From the NCBI GenBank assembly GCA_964291415.2, contig OZ219918.1:832001-896000 (forward strand): DNA of 64,000 nt, read 5' to 3'. Below, piece by piece: positions 27,551 through 37,641 of this stretch. The stretch's first letter is position 1; the number at the start of each line of letters is the position of its first letter. Below the pieces are notes generated by a model. That model made no database searches. It was not told the origin of the DNA and saw only the letters and a list, made by a program, of their open reading frames with translations. Source of the stretch: Alphaproteobacteria bacterium (GTDB lineage Bacteria; Pseudomonadota; Alphaproteobacteria; SP197). The translations under genes were made by a program, and so were the position numbers.

Positions 27551-28015
27551 ATGTCCGCCGACGAGGTCCGTGAACTTGCCGACATTGCCGCGCTCGAAGG
27601 CCTGGCAGCATATCTTGGCGACATCCTGGGACCGGGTGACGTCGTGCTGCTCGAGGGCCCTATCGGTGTCGGCAAGACCCGCCTCGTGAGCGCCTTCGTG
27701 GCGGCCCTTGGGTCGACCGATCAGGTGACAAGTCCGACCTACACACTGATGCATGTCTACGAAACGCCTCGCCTGCCGGTGCTGCATCTCGATGCCTATC
27801 GCCTGTCGGGGGTGCAGGAGTACCTCGACCTCGGTGCCGGGGACTTCGCCCACGACTCCATCACCATGGTGGAATGGGGTGACAGGATTGCCGACGCCCA
27901 CCCGGAACACCTCGGACTCGTTCTCGAGTTCGGTCAATCAGGCGATACGTCCCGTCGCTGCACCATCAGACGGCGTGGCCGGTCCTGGCCGCTGCCCGGC
28001 ACTCTCGCCCCGTGA
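27551..28015 (+). CDS. tsaE: t6A biosynthesis ATPase
   Basis: GPIGVGKT, VTSPTYTL, HLDAYRL, VEWGD. Confidence 0.9.
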   Translation: MSADEVRELADIAALEGLAAYLGDILGPGDVVLLEGPIGVGKTRLVSAFVAALGSTDQVTSPTYTLMHVYETPRLPVLHLDAYRLSGVQEYLDLGAGDFAHDSITMVEWGDRIADAHPEHLGLVLEFGQSGDTSRRCTIRRRGRSWPLPGTLAP

Positions 28016-28653
28016 CCACGATTCTCTGCATCGAGACCGCGGCACCATCAATCATGGTGGCGTTCGGGGAGTCCGGCCAGGTCCTCTTCGAGGACAGGCC
28101 TGATGGCGGAAGGGTCGATGGACCCGTGTACCTTGCTGACGCGGTGCGCCGCGGTCTTGCCGGGACCGGTCTCCGCAAGGGCGACATTGGTGCCGTAGCC
28201 GTCGACCTCGGACCGGGGGGGCTCACCGCGACACGCGGTGGCGTGACCTTCGCCAACGCGCTGGCATGGGGGCTGGGGGCCCCCCTCATTCCACTTGACT
28301 ACTTCGATCTCGTCACGGCCGAGACACAGGCCACCTCCACGGTGGTCTGCATCAGGCCGACGACTGCTGGCCAGGGATTCTTCAGGGAAGGGGAGGGGCC
28401 GCTCATGGTCGATGATCTCGCCACGCTTTCCCGGCAATGCCGAGCCCGACCGGCGGACATTGTCCTGGCAGGCGTCGTCACGCCGGAGGTGACGGCACTC
28501 TTCCCGGGCAGCGGCATCGGCGCTGCAGAGGCCAGCGCCGCCACCATGGTGCGTTGCGCGGGCGAGGCCTTCGCCGCCGGGCAGCGCTCACTTGAACCCC
28601 TCGAGCCGCTGACCGCGGCCTCCCTTGCGGTCGGAGGCGATGACCGTGGTTGA
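28012..28653 (+). CDS. tsaB: t6A biosynthesis protein TsaB (divergent)
   Basis: ILCIETA, AVAVDLGPGGLTATRGGVTFANAL (canonical GPGSFTGxR); GTGA overlap with tsaE. Confidence 0.75.
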   Translation: MTTILCIETAAPSIMVAFGESGQVLFEDRPDGGRVDGPVYLADAVRRGLAGTGLRKGDIGAVAVDLGPGGLTATRGGVTFANALAWGLGAPLIPLDYFDLVTAETQATSTVVCIRPTTAGQGFFREGEGPLMVDDLATLSRQCRARPADIVLAGVVTPEVTALFPGSGIGAAEASAATMVRCAGEAFAAGQRSLEPLEPLTAASLAVGGDDRG

Positions 28654-29263
28654 CATCCTTGATGCTGGAGGGCGTGACACCGTGGAGAGGACACGCCGTG
28701 TCCTCGAAGCGGGCGGTGTTGTCGTCCTGCCGACGGATACGGTCTACGGTCTCGCCGTCAGTCCCGATCACGACGACGCCATCGATCGCCTGTTCGTTCT
28801 CAAGCAGCGTCCCCGGCAGAGAAACCTTCCGGTCATGGTGGACTCGCCCGGCAGCCTCGCTCCGTTGGGCGTCGCAATCGGCGAGGGAGCCCGCCGCCTG
28901 CTTGAATCGAACCTGATGCCGGGACCGCTGACAGTGGTCCTGGGATTCGGCCACGAGGGTCCCTGTTCGTGGCTGGAAGGACGCCATGAGGTGGCGGTCC
29001 GTATTCCTGCGGAGCCGTTCATGCTGAGTCTCCTCCAGGCCACGGGACCGTTGCTCGTTACCAGCGCCAATCTCCACGGTTTGCCGACGATGCAGACGGT
29101 GGCGGACATCCTCCTTCAGTTCACACGCGAACCGGCGCTGGCGGTTGACGGAGGGCCGCGCGAGAATGTGCCCTCCACCCTCGTCAACTGTGCCGTCGAC
29201 CCACCCGTCATCGAGCGCGAAGGCGTCGTCAGCCGTTCCAGGATCACGGAGATCCTGGAGTGA
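28640..29263 (+). CDS. tsaC: L-threonylcarbamoyladenylate synthase (YrdC domain only)
   Basis: PTDTVYGL, KQRP, PGPLT, AVRIP, TSAN, PSTLV. Confidence 0.9.
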   Translation: MTVVDILDAGGRDTVERTRRVLEAGGVVVLPTDTVYGLAVSPDHDDAIDRLFVLKQRPRQRNLPVMVDSPGSLAPLGVAIGEGARRLLESNLMPGPLTVVLGFGHEGPCSWLEGRHEVAVRIPAEPFMLSLLQATGPLLVTSANLHGLPTMQTVADILLQFTREPALAVDGGPRENVPSTLVNCAVDPPVIEREGVVSRSRITEILE

Positions 29264-30255
29264 GCGGAGACCTCATCCTGGGGATCGAATCCTCTTGCGA
29301 CGACACGGCCGTTGCCGTTGTCGACAGGGAGGGTCGGGTGCTGGCGTCCGGCGTGGCGCGCCAGGATGCCATCCACGCACCCTGGGGTGGTGTGTGGCCG
29401 GAACTTGCATCGCGCGCCCATGTGCGCGCCATCATTCCGGCCATTGACCAGGCGATGAGGGATGCACACGCATCGCCGGACCGGCTCGCCGCCATCGCCG
29501 TGACGCGCGGACCGGGCCTGATCGGTTCCCTCCTGGTGGGGCTCAACGCGGCGGCGGCACTCGCCATCGCCTGGGATGTTCCGGTGATCGGAGTCAACCA
29601 TCTCCGGGGCCACCTGCGCAGCGCCGATCTTGAGGGCGCCAGAGTGACGTTTCCGGCGACGATTCTGCTCGTTTCAGGGGGGCACACCTTTCTTGCCCAC
29701 ATGGCGGACCGCCGGAATGTGCGCGTTCTCGGGGCAACGCGCGATGATTCCGTTGGCGAGGCCTACGACAAGGTCGCCCGCCTCATGGGCATGGGGTTTC
29801 CGGGAGGGCCACTCATTGACCGCCTGGCGAAAGAGGGCCGACCCGTGATCGACCTGCCGCGGCCGATGATCCGCGAAGGCCTGGAGTTCTCCTTCTCGGG
29901 GCTGAAATCGGCCGTTGCCCGCACGCTCGAACGCTCACCTGCAACCGATCACGCGGACCTTGCCGCTTCCTTCGTCGACGTCGTCATCGACGTTCTCGTC
30001 ACCAAGTGCCGGCGTGCCCTCGACGCCGTTCCGGGCCGTTCCCTGGTGGTCGTCGGGGGGGTTGCCGCAAGCCCGCAGCTGCGCCACAGCATGGGCGAAC
30101 TTGCAGGCGATGCCGGAGTCGAGCTCTGTCTGCCGCCATTGAAGTGGTCGACGGACAATGGCGCCATGATCGCCCTGGCGGGCTGGGACTACCTTGATGC
30201 CGGAATCCGCCCGCTTCCCGCAGCCACGCCGCGCCTGCCGGTGACCGAGATGTAA
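29260..30255 (+). CDS. tsaD: tRNA N6-adenosine threonylcarbamoyltransferase
   Basis: ESSCDDT, PELASRAH, NHLRGH, VSGGHT, GEAYDKVAR, FSFSGLK, TDNGAMIA. Confidence 0.95.
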   Translation: MSGDLILGIESSCDDTAVAVVDREGRVLASGVARQDAIHAPWGGVWPELASRAHVRAIIPAIDQAMRDAHASPDRLAAIAVTRGPGLIGSLLVGLNAAAALAIAWDVPVIGVNHLRGHLRSADLEGARVTFPATILLVSGGHTFLAHMADRRNVRVLGATRDDSVGEAYDKVARLMGMGFPGGPLIDRLAKEGRPVIDLPRPMIREGLEFSFSGLKSAVARTLERSPATDHADLAASFVDVVIDVLVTKCRRALDAVPGRSLVVVGGVAASPQLRHSMGELAGDAGVELCLPPLKWSTDNGAMIALAGWDYLDAGIRPLPAATPRLPVTEM

Positions 30256-30447
30256 CAGGTCGCCCGCCTCCGTGGGGTCATGTCCTCGCGGAATAGCCTT
30301 TTCCTGGAATGCGGGTTGACGACCGTTTCGGTCCTTCTCACCGGCCACCCGCATTCTGCGCCGCCACGCCAGGCGAGCCGCCCGGTTGGCGGACAAATTT
30401 CCGATGCACTACCATTCGAATCGAACCGGTCGACGGGGACGGGGTCA

Positions 30448-31290
30448 ATGGTCGCGCAAGTCAGGCGTCTGCCGGGCGATGCCGGTGTCGAGGACATCAT
30501 CGAGGCGGTGGACGCAGACGGCGTCGCAATCGTGAGGGATTTCGTTGCGGTGGAATGGCTCGAACGCTTCAACGCCGAGATCCAGCCCGCCGTCGACAAG
30601 GCGAGGCGATACGTCTTCGGCAACGAAGCGATCGACGAATTTCTGGGCGGTCGGACGGTTCGCCTGCACGGTCTGGTCGCCAAGGCGCCGAGCTTCGCCG
30701 AGCTCATGATCGACGCGCGATTGCTGGCCCTGATGGACCACTACCTGCTGCCGCACTGCTCCAGCTACCTCTTCAGCGCCGGCGAACTGATCGAGATCAG
30801 GGGAGGGGAGAACGCACAGCGCTTCCACATCGACGACGGCTCCTGGCCGGTCTGGCCACGGGTCGGCGCAAAGCTCCTGCAGATGAACATCATGCTCGCC
30901 GGCACGGATTTCACCGCAACGAACGGCGCAACGCTCGTCGTGCCCGGCAGCCACCTTTGGGAGGACGAGCGCGAGCCCGCCGCCGCCGAGATCGCGCAGG
31001 CGGCAATGCCGGCTGGCTCGGTCGCCGTCATTCGGGGCGACTGCACGCATGCCGGCGGCGCCAACACCGACGGCACCAGACGACGCGCCATCTCGTTCTC
31101 CTATTGCTTGGGGTGGCTGCGTCCCGTCGAAAACAGCTATCTCAACCTGCCGCTCGAGGTCGTGGCGCGCCTGCCCGTCCGTGTCCGCGAACTCCTGGGC
31201 TACGAGATCTACGACGGCTCCGGCCGGGAGAATTCCGGCTTCCTGGGCTACTACGAGATGGGAAGCCCGCGGGCCCTGTTCGAGACGTAG
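30448..31290 (+). CDS. phytanoyl-CoA dioxygenase-family Fe(II)/2OG dioxygenase
   Basis: QRFHIDD (HxD), NGATLVVPGSH, HAGGAN, RRAIS, LGWLRP.EN. Confidence 0.88.
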   Translation: MVAQVRRLPGDAGVEDIIEAVDADGVAIVRDFVAVEWLERFNAEIQPAVDKARRYVFGNEAIDEFLGGRTVRLHGLVAKAPSFAELMIDARLLALMDHYLLPHCSSYLFSAGELIEIRGGENAQRFHIDDGSWPVWPRVGAKLLQMNIMLAGTDFTATNGATLVVPGSHLWEDEREPAAAEIAQAAMPAGSVAVIRGDCTHAGGANTDGTRRRAISFSYCLGWLRPVENSYLNLPLEVVARLPVRVRELLGYEIYDGSGRENSGFLGYYEMGSPRALFET

Positions 31291-31349
31291 GGCACTCCGG
31301 TTTTGCTCGCAAACCAGGAGCAGCGCGCAACAGGCGCATGAAACGAGGT

Positions 31350-31560
31350 TGGCGTTCATTGCTTTTGGTGCGCGAGAATGGAATCCCGGTCGAACTGCAG
31401 CCCGGTCGTCACGCCAACGACGAGATGTCTTCCTTCGACTTCCGCAATCCTTCGGGCTGGATGATCGAATACGGTTGGGGCGCCCGGCCCGCGACCCAAC
31501 AGTCCGAGAGGGGTGTTCCCGGGACATTCTCGATCATGCTCCCCAAGCAGCAAGCTTCTG
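31350..31560 (+). pseudogene. extradiol (VOC) dioxygenase C-terminal remnant
   Basis: PGRHANDEMSSFDFRNPSGWMIEYGWGAR resembles the BphC/HsaC C-terminal motif; no N-terminus. Confidence 0.7.
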
Positions 31561-31647
31561 AAGCCGGGTGGTCATGGCGACCACAATGCGGCCCGCTTCC
31601 TGCAGCCACACCGCACCTGCCGGGGACCGAGACGTAGCAGGCCGGAT

Positions 31648-32439
31648 TCAAGTGTGCTGCCTTATGAACTCCTTCATGAGACGGGCGACGTCGTCGGGGG
31701 CTTCGGTCAGGATGGCATGCTTGAGGCCGGGAAGGATGTGGAGCGATGAATGCGGGATGGTCGCGTGCATATAGTGGGCCATGCGGGCATTCGAACCGAG
31801 ATCGAGTTCCCCCGTCACGATCAGCGTGCGTGCCGTGATGTCGCGCAAGCGTTCGGCAAAGTCGGTCTCGGTGAGGACTCGGTAGGAGGCGGCATAGGCC
31901 GCCGGATCGTTCTGCTGGTTGGCCTCGGACTGACGGGCGATGATGCCAGGATGGCGCTGGATGAAGTCGTCAGTGAACCAGCGGCTGACGGAAGCCTCGA
32001 AATGGGCGCCCGGAATACCGTCGGCAACGATCGCCAGGCGCTCTTCCACCCGGCGGCGCTCCTCGGCCGTGCGTCCGGCGATGCCGGAGAGAAGAACGAG
32101 CCGGTCCAGGCGACAGGGGTGGGCCAGGGCAACGCCCTGGGCGATGAGAGCTCCCAGGGAGTGGCCCGCGAGGTGGCAGGATCCGATACCGAAATGATCC
32201 ATCACGGCGACGACGTCGCCGACGAAATCGTCGATGTGATAGGGGCCGGGCGGCTTGCCCGAGGCGCCGTGGCCCCTGAGGTCCAGGCGAATGGTGCGGA
32301 ACCCGTCGCCCAGGCAGGACACCACCTCATCCCAGGCATCCAGGGACGCACCAACACCATGAACGAGCACGAGATCGGTCCCCTCGCCCTCCTCGCGAAC
32401 ACGCAGAGGGACACCGCCACTGTCGATCGTGTGCTGCAT
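31648..32439 (-). CDS. alpha/beta hydrolase (PcaD-like)
   Basis: VHGVG, DLRGHGAS, GHSLG, GLKH. Confidence 0.85.
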   Translation of the reverse strand: MQHTIDSGGVPLRVREEGEGTDLVLVHGVGASLDAWDEVVSCLGDGFRTIRLDLRGHGASGKPPGPYHIDDFVGDVVAVMDHFGIGSCHLAGHSLGALIAQGVALAHPCRLDRLVLLSGIAGRTAEERRRVEERLAIVADGIPGAHFEASVSRWFTDDFIQRHPGIIARQSEANQQNDPAAYAASYRVLTETDFAERLRDITARTLIVTGELDLGSNARMAHYMHATIPHSSLHILPGLKHAILTEAPDDVARLMKEFIRQHT

Positions 32440-33050
32440 CAAAGGGCCGATTCGGAGATGTTGCTTTCGATGAGTGCGGTCAGCCCCTCGATGCCGTCGC
32501 GCCGGATCACTCCGGCAAACTCGTCACGCAGCGTCTTCACCATGGACAGTCCCTCGATGGCGAAATCCGTGAGCCGCCACTCACCATCTTCGTAGTTGCT
32601 GATCCGGAAGTCGACAACGGTACGGTCGCCATCCGGTGAACCGATGGTGGTGCGCACGACGACATCGTTGTCGTTCAGGGCACGGGACCGTTCCACCTTC
32701 AGCTTGTAGCCGGAGAAGGTTGCCAGCCGCCTTTCGTATGTGATGACGATATAGGCGTGGAAGGCGTTCGTGTAGGCCCGCAACTCGGCGTCCGTCGCCA
32801 CATCGCGATAACGGCCGAGCGCTCGGTTGGCCATGCCGTCATGATCGACGGTCGATGCGATCCACCCTGCGAAGATGTTCCGTCGCTCGGAGCCTGGCGG
32901 AAGGCTCACGATGTCCAGAAGGCGTTCCGCCTTTTGGGCCACGAAATCGGTTGCCTCTTCCAGGGAACCGGCGCTGACCGGTGTCCAGAGGAATGCCGCC
33001 AGAACAACCGCCGGCGCGATGTGTTGCCAGAGGTGCCGTCCCATGGTCAC
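32439..33050 (-). CDS. mlaC: phospholipid-binding protein MlaC/Ttg2D
   Basis: signal peptide, DFAIEGLSMV..RDEF, adjacent to mlaA. Confidence 0.85.
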   Translation of the reverse strand: MTMGRHLWQHIAPAVVLAAFLWTPVSAGSLEEATDFVAQKAERLLDIVSLPPGSERRNIFAGWIASTVDHDGMANRALGRYRDVATDAELRAYTNAFHAYIVITYERRLATFSGYKLKVERSRALNDNDVVVRTTIGSPDGDRTVVDFRISNYEDGEWRLTDFAIEGLSMVKTLRDEFAGVIRRDGIEGLTALIESNISESAL

Positions 33051-33796
33051 TCCTCAAAGAACTCGTCAAGTCCGAAGGGGTCGGCCACTCCGTTGGCAAT
33101 CGCGCGCGCCCGAGCCTGACGATAGAGAGTGCGCGTCGTGGCGTAGAAGTCAATGGCGCCCAGTCTTGCCTCCTCGATCCGGTCGAGTTCGCGTGCCGTG
33201 CTGTCGACGACATCGGCGCCGGTCCGCATGTAACTCCACGCCGGAGTCAGCAACCACGTGAGGGGATCGGTCAGAATGTCAACTCCCAGGCCGACGGTGT
33301 CCCTGGCAGTTGATGGTCCGGCGAACGGCAGGACGAGATAGGGACCTTCCTCGAATCCCCAGACGGCAAGTGTCTGCCCGAAATCCTCCTTGTGGGGTTT
33401 CCGGCCCGAATTGGCGGGGATGTCGAACAGTCCTCCGATACCGGCGGTCGAATTGATGAAGAAGGATGCGGTCGCTTCGGCCATGTTGTCGAAGTCGCCC
33501 TGCAGGCCGCTGTTGAGAATGGTGACCGGCATCTGGAGGTTGTCGAGCACATTGCCGACGCCATCGCGTACCGGTCCGGGAACATGATCCCGGTAGGCGA
33601 GAGCGACCGGGCTCAGCGCATGGTCGAGAATGGCCACGTCAAAATCGAACACGGTACGGTTGGCGGGCTCAAGTGGATCGTTTGTCTCGATGAAGGTTTC
33701 ATGCTCCACAGGGTCATCCGGAACCTGGGCGCAGGCAACGGCAAGCAGGGCAACAGCAACAACGGTCGGCACCCTCATCACGCGCGACTTCGACAT
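33047..33796 (-). CDS. mlaA: VacJ/MlaA lipoprotein
   Basis: lipobox AVAC, DPLEPANR, INSTAGIGGLFD, EDFGQTL, YLVLPFAGPS. Confidence 0.92.
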   Translation of the reverse strand: MSKSRVMRVPTVVAVALLAVACAQVPDDPVEHETFIETNDPLEPANRTVFDFDVAILDHALSPVALAYRDHVPGPVRDGVGNVLDNLQMPVTILNSGLQGDFDNMAEATASFFINSTAGIGGLFDIPANSGRKPHKEDFGQTLAVWGFEEGPYLVLPFAGPSTARDTVGLGVDILTDPLTWLLTPAWSYMRTGADVVDSTARELDRIEEARLGAIDFYATTRTLYRQARARAIANGVADPFGLDEFFEE

Positions 33797-34012
33797 GCAA
33801 CCATCCTGCTCACCACCGGTGCCGGGCACCCCCGGAGTCGTTGCCGCACCATAAGTCAGCGCCGTATGACGCGACAACAGCAATCTCGGATTCCGCCAAC
33901 CGGTCGATACACCGCCTTCGCGGCCGAGGGCCAATTGACAGCACCACTGCGGGAACGGATAGTCGGGGGAAGGATTTTTCCCCACATCATTTTCCGGATA
34001 CGGCAGAGTGTC

Positions 34013-35185
34013 ATGACCGAACCTCTCATGCAGACCTATGCCCGCTTCGATCTCGAGTTCGTGCGGGGGTCGGGTTCCTGGCTCTACACGAAGGATGGCG
34101 AGCGCTACCTCGACTTTGGCAGTGGTATCGCTGTCACGAGCCTGGGGCATGCCCATCCCAGGCTTGTCGACGCCATCACGCAGCAGGCCGGCGAACTGTG
34201 GCACACATCCAATCTCTACAGGATTCCCAATCAGGAACGGCTGGCCCGGCGCCTCGTCGACACGACCTTCGCATCGAACGTGTTCTTCGCCAACTCGGGC
34301 GCCGAAGCCATCGAGTGCGCGCTGAAGACGGCACGGCGATGCCAGTACACCAGGGGGCATCCGGAGCGATACCGCACCATCACCTTCGGCGGCGCCTTCC
34401 ACGGGCGCACGCTGACAACCATTGCCGCGGGAGGTGCCGCCAAGCATCTGGAAGGATTCGGTCCTCCGGCAGACGGATTCGACCAGGTTCCGCTCCACGA
34501 TTCGAACGCCCTGCGCGAAGCCATCGGGCCGGAGACGGCAGCCATTCTTCTTGAACCGGTCCAGGGTGAAGGCGGCATCACGCCGGTCAGCCACACGTTC
34601 CTCGAGATGGTGCGCCGTGCGGCTGACGAGTTCGGCCTGCTGGTGATCTACGATGAGGTCCAGTGTGGCATGGGCCGCACAGGCCGGCTGTTTGCCCATG
34701 AGTGGAGCGGCATCACCCCCGACATCATGGCTGTGGCAAAGGCGCTGGGTGGCGGATTTCCCATTGGCGCCTGCCTGGCGACCGGCGAAGCGGCTGAAGC
34801 ACTGGTGCCGGGAAGCCATGGATCCACCTTCGGCGGCAATCCACTCGCCACGGCCGTTGCCAATGCCGTGCTCGACGTCATGCTGGAAGAGGGTTTCTTC
34901 GAAACGGTCCGCACGAAAGCCGACCGGCTCCGGCGTGGTGTGGAGGGGATCGTTGCGCGCCATCCCGCAGTCCTGGATCACGTGCGCGGCGTGGGCTTCA
35001 TGCTGGGCATCAGGAGTCATGTGCCGCCGGCCGACGTGGTTGACGCCATGACCCGCCGTCATGTGCTGACAGTTCCGGCGGGTGACAACATGGTTCGATT
35101 CCTGCCGCCGCTCGTGGTGACCGACGAGGAAGTCGACGTGGCTCTCGAGGCGCTTGACGGGGCAGCGGGCGAGCTTGCGCCATGA
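34013..35185 (+). CDS. argD: acetylornithine aminotransferase
   Basis: NSGAEA, FHGRT, EPVQGEGG, DEVQCGMGRTG, HGSTFGGNP. Confidence 0.95.
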   Translation: MTEPLMQTYARFDLEFVRGSGSWLYTKDGERYLDFGSGIAVTSLGHAHPRLVDAITQQAGELWHTSNLYRIPNQERLARRLVDTTFASNVFFANSGAEAIECALKTARRCQYTRGHPERYRTITFGGAFHGRTLTTIAAGGAAKHLEGFGPPADGFDQVPLHDSNALREAIGPETAAILLEPVQGEGGITPVSHTFLEMVRRAADEFGLLVIYDEVQCGMGRTGRLFAHEWSGITPDIMAVAKALGGGFPIGACLATGEAAEALVPGSHGSTFGGNPLATAVANAVLDVMLEEGFFETVRTKADRLRRGVEGIVARHPAVLDHVRGVGFMLGIRSHVPPADVVDAMTRRHVLTVPAGDNMVRFLPPLVVTDEEVDVALEALDGAAGELAP

Positions 35186-36102
35186 ACCCGGTGCGCCACT
35201 TCCTCGACATTTCGGAGCTGGGGGAGCCTCATCTTCGCGCCTTGCTCGAGAGTGCCCATGATCTCAAGCGGCGATGGCACGAAAATGACCGGCCGCGGCC
35301 ACTTCTCGACAAGGTTCTGGCCACCATCTTCGAGAAGCCGTCCACCCGTACGCGGGTGTCGTTTGATGTCGCGATGCGTCAGCTCGGCGGTCATGTCATC
35401 AACCTGGCGCCAGGCGACATGCAGCTTGGCCGCGGCGAGTCGATCGCCGATACGGCACGGGTGCTCTCCCGCTACGTCGATGCCATCATGATTCGCACGA
35501 CAGATCACGCCAAGATGCTCGATCTGGCAAGCCACGCGACGGTGCCCGTGATCAACGGACTGACTGACCGCACCCATCCCTCGCAGCTGATGGCCGATGT
35601 CATGACTGTCGAAGAGCACCTCGGGCCGATCTCGGAGAGGACCGTCGCCTGGGCCGGTGACGGCAACAACATGGCCTGCTCGTGGATTCACGCAGCGGCC
35701 CGTTTCGGCTTCGAGCTGCGTATCGCCTGCCCGCCCCGCTACCGGCCTCCTGGGGAAGTTGTCGACTGGGCCCTGGCGCACGATGCGAGTGTGCACATCA
35801 TCGACACCCTCGATGAGGCTCTCCGGGATGCAGACTGCGTGGTGACCGATACCTGGGTATCCATGAGCGACGTACGCGCCCGGACCGGGGACATCGACAC
35901 GACGGCCCTCGAGGCGTTTCGCATTGATGCCAGGGCTATGGCGCTTGCCCGGGACAATGCCATCTTCATGCACTGCATGCCCATGTACCGTGGCAGGGAG
36001 GTGTCCGCGGACGTAGCCGACGGGCCACAGTCGGTGGTGTTCGACGAGGCGGAGAACAGGTTGCATGCCCAGAAAGCGATCCTGGAATGGTGCATGACCT
36101 GA
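35182..36102 (+). CDS. argF: ornithine carbamoyltransferase
   Basis: FEKPSTRT, HPSQ, WVSM, HCMP, AENRLH. Confidence 0.95.
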   Translation: MNPVRHFLDISELGEPHLRALLESAHDLKRRWHENDRPRPLLDKVLATIFEKPSTRTRVSFDVAMRQLGGHVINLAPGDMQLGRGESIADTARVLSRYVDAIMIRTTDHAKMLDLASHATVPVINGLTDRTHPSQLMADVMTVEEHLGPISERTVAWAGDGNNMACSWIHAAARFGFELRIACPPRYRPPGEVVDWALAHDASVHIIDTLDEALRDADCVVTDTWVSMSDVRARTGDIDTTALEAFRIDARAMALARDNAIFMHCMPMYRGREVSADVADGPQSVVFDEAENRLHAQKAILEWCMT

Positions 36103-37007
36103 GCATCACGGGCAGGGATGACGCGATCCAGCCCTTCAACCTGGGCGAGATCCATCTGGGTGGACGTCTGGTGCGTCTCGGTCCGGCACTCGACAGGATT
36201 CTCAGCCAGCATGACTACCCGGAAGCGATTTCCAGGGTGCTGGGAGAACTGATCACGATTACCGTGGTCCTGGGTTCCGGTCTCAAGTTCGAGGGACGGA
36301 TGACAGCCGAAACCCGGGGTGACGGGCCTGTCCACCTGCTTGTCGCCGACTACACCAGCGGTGGAGACGTGCGTGCCTATGCAGGATTCGACCGGCAACG
36401 CCTGGAGTCCGGCGCCACCCTTCTTTCCGGCCTGGTCGGCAAGGGGGTTCTCGTGATGACGGTCGATCAGGGTTCGAAAAGCGACCTCTATCAGAGTGTT
36501 GTTGAACTCGACGGATCGGATCTCGCCGACTGCATGCGGGGCTTCTTCCGGCAGTCGGACCAGATCGACACGGCTCTGGAGGTTGCCGTGAAGCGTCAGG
36601 CCGGGGGCTGGCGCAGCGGTGCCATTGCCCTGCAGCGCATTGCCGAACTCGGGCCCGGAGACGAGCCGGTCACCATGGCCGAACGACAGGACGCCTGGAA
36701 CACCACGATGGTCCTGTTGAGTTCGGTCACCGGTGGAGAGTTGACCGATCCCTTCCTGACGTCCCGGGATCTGCTGTACCGTCTCTTTCACGACATCGGT
36801 GTGAGGGTCCATGAACCGAGAGATGTTCGCTTCGCATGCAGCTGCTCGCACACAAGGGCACTGACGATGCTGCGCGGCCTCCCGGCCGACAGCATCGACG
36901 ACTATGTGGTGGACGGCACAATCGAGGTGGTGTGCAAGTTCTGCAACCGCCGCCAGGTGTTTTCTCCTGCGGAGGTGATGCAGCCGCAGGCCTCGACGCT
37001 GAATTGA
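36087..37007 (+). CDS. hslO: Hsp33 redox chaperone
   Basis: C-terminal CSC...CKFC zinc motif, QSDQI; follows argF. Confidence 0.9.
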   Translation: MVHDLSITGRDDAIQPFNLGEIHLGGRLVRLGPALDRILSQHDYPEAISRVLGELITITVVLGSGLKFEGRMTAETRGDGPVHLLVADYTSGGDVRAYAGFDRQRLESGATLLSGLVGKGVLVMTVDQGSKSDLYQSVVELDGSDLADCMRGFFRQSDQIDTALEVAVKRQAGGWRSGAIALQRIAELGPGDEPVTMAERQDAWNTTMVLLSSVTGGELTDPFLTSRDLLYRLFHDIGVRVHEPRDVRFACSCSHTRALTMLRGLPADSIDDYVVDGTIEVVCKFCNRRQVFSPAEVMQPQASTLN

Positions 37008-37009
37008 CG

Positions 37010-37606
37010 ATGCCCTGCCGCAGAGCCTTCCTTGTGCTGTCCGCGGGCGCTCTCCTTGCCGGCTGCGCGCCTCGACCGGCCATCCGCGCACTGCCGGCGA
37101 TCGGCTTTGCCTCGCCTTCAACCCTGCCTCTTGATGTGGCAGCCGTCACCTTCGTGAATGAGGCGGCCGGCGGGGCCGTCGACGAGCCAGCACGGGACGT
37201 GAGATTCGATCTTTCCGAATGGCCCGGCGACGTGGTCAGGCGCTGGTCCGAGGAACGTCTCCGGGCGGCCGGAGACCGGGGCGAGGCGCGTGTCGTCCTT
37301 CTGGAAAGCCGGTTTGTTGCTGTCCCTCTCGACACGGCAGGGACGTTGGAGGGCTTCTTCACCGACGAGCAGTCGGTCGCCTACGAGGGAACGCTGGCGG
37401 TGAGGATCGAGATTGTCGATCACCCTTCGGGCGGCGGTTTCGCCGAGGCCCGCAGCTATCGCCGACAGACAGTTCCTGAAAGCCTGTCAATCGTGGAGCG
37501 CGAGGAGACGCTCCATGCCCTCTACCAGGACGTTGTCACGGCCCTTGACGAACGGCTCGAGGTGGAGATGGCGGAGCACCTGTGGCGCTGGATCATGAGG
37601 CCCTGA
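37010..37606 (+). CDS. hypothetical lipoprotein
   Basis: RR signal and LAGC lipobox; 3 nt after hslO. Confidence 0.7.
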   Translation: MPCRRAFLVLSAGALLAGCAPRPAIRALPAIGFASPSTLPLDVAAVTFVNEAAGGAVDEPARDVRFDLSEWPGDVVRRWSEERLRAAGDRGEARVVLLESRFVAVPLDTAGTLEGFFTDEQSVAYEGTLAVRIEIVDHPSGGGFAEARSYRRQTVPESLSIVEREETLHALYQDVVTALDERLEVEMAEHLWRWIMRP

Positions 37607-37641
37607 TCCACCATTTGTCGACGACACCGTCACGCCAGGTG

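Larger units (their letters stand above)
30209..31641. mobile_element. islet bounded by a 51-bp imperfect direct repeat of the tsaD 3' end
   Basis: 30209-30259 vs 31591-31641, 45/51 identical by manual alignment. Confidence 0.75.

Noticed and set aside
33797-35062. Long N-terminal extensions of mlaA, argD, argE-like, amidase, panE and tsaE in the ORF track
   Set aside because: They overlap neighbouring genes; downstream starts fit family lengths and gene coupling
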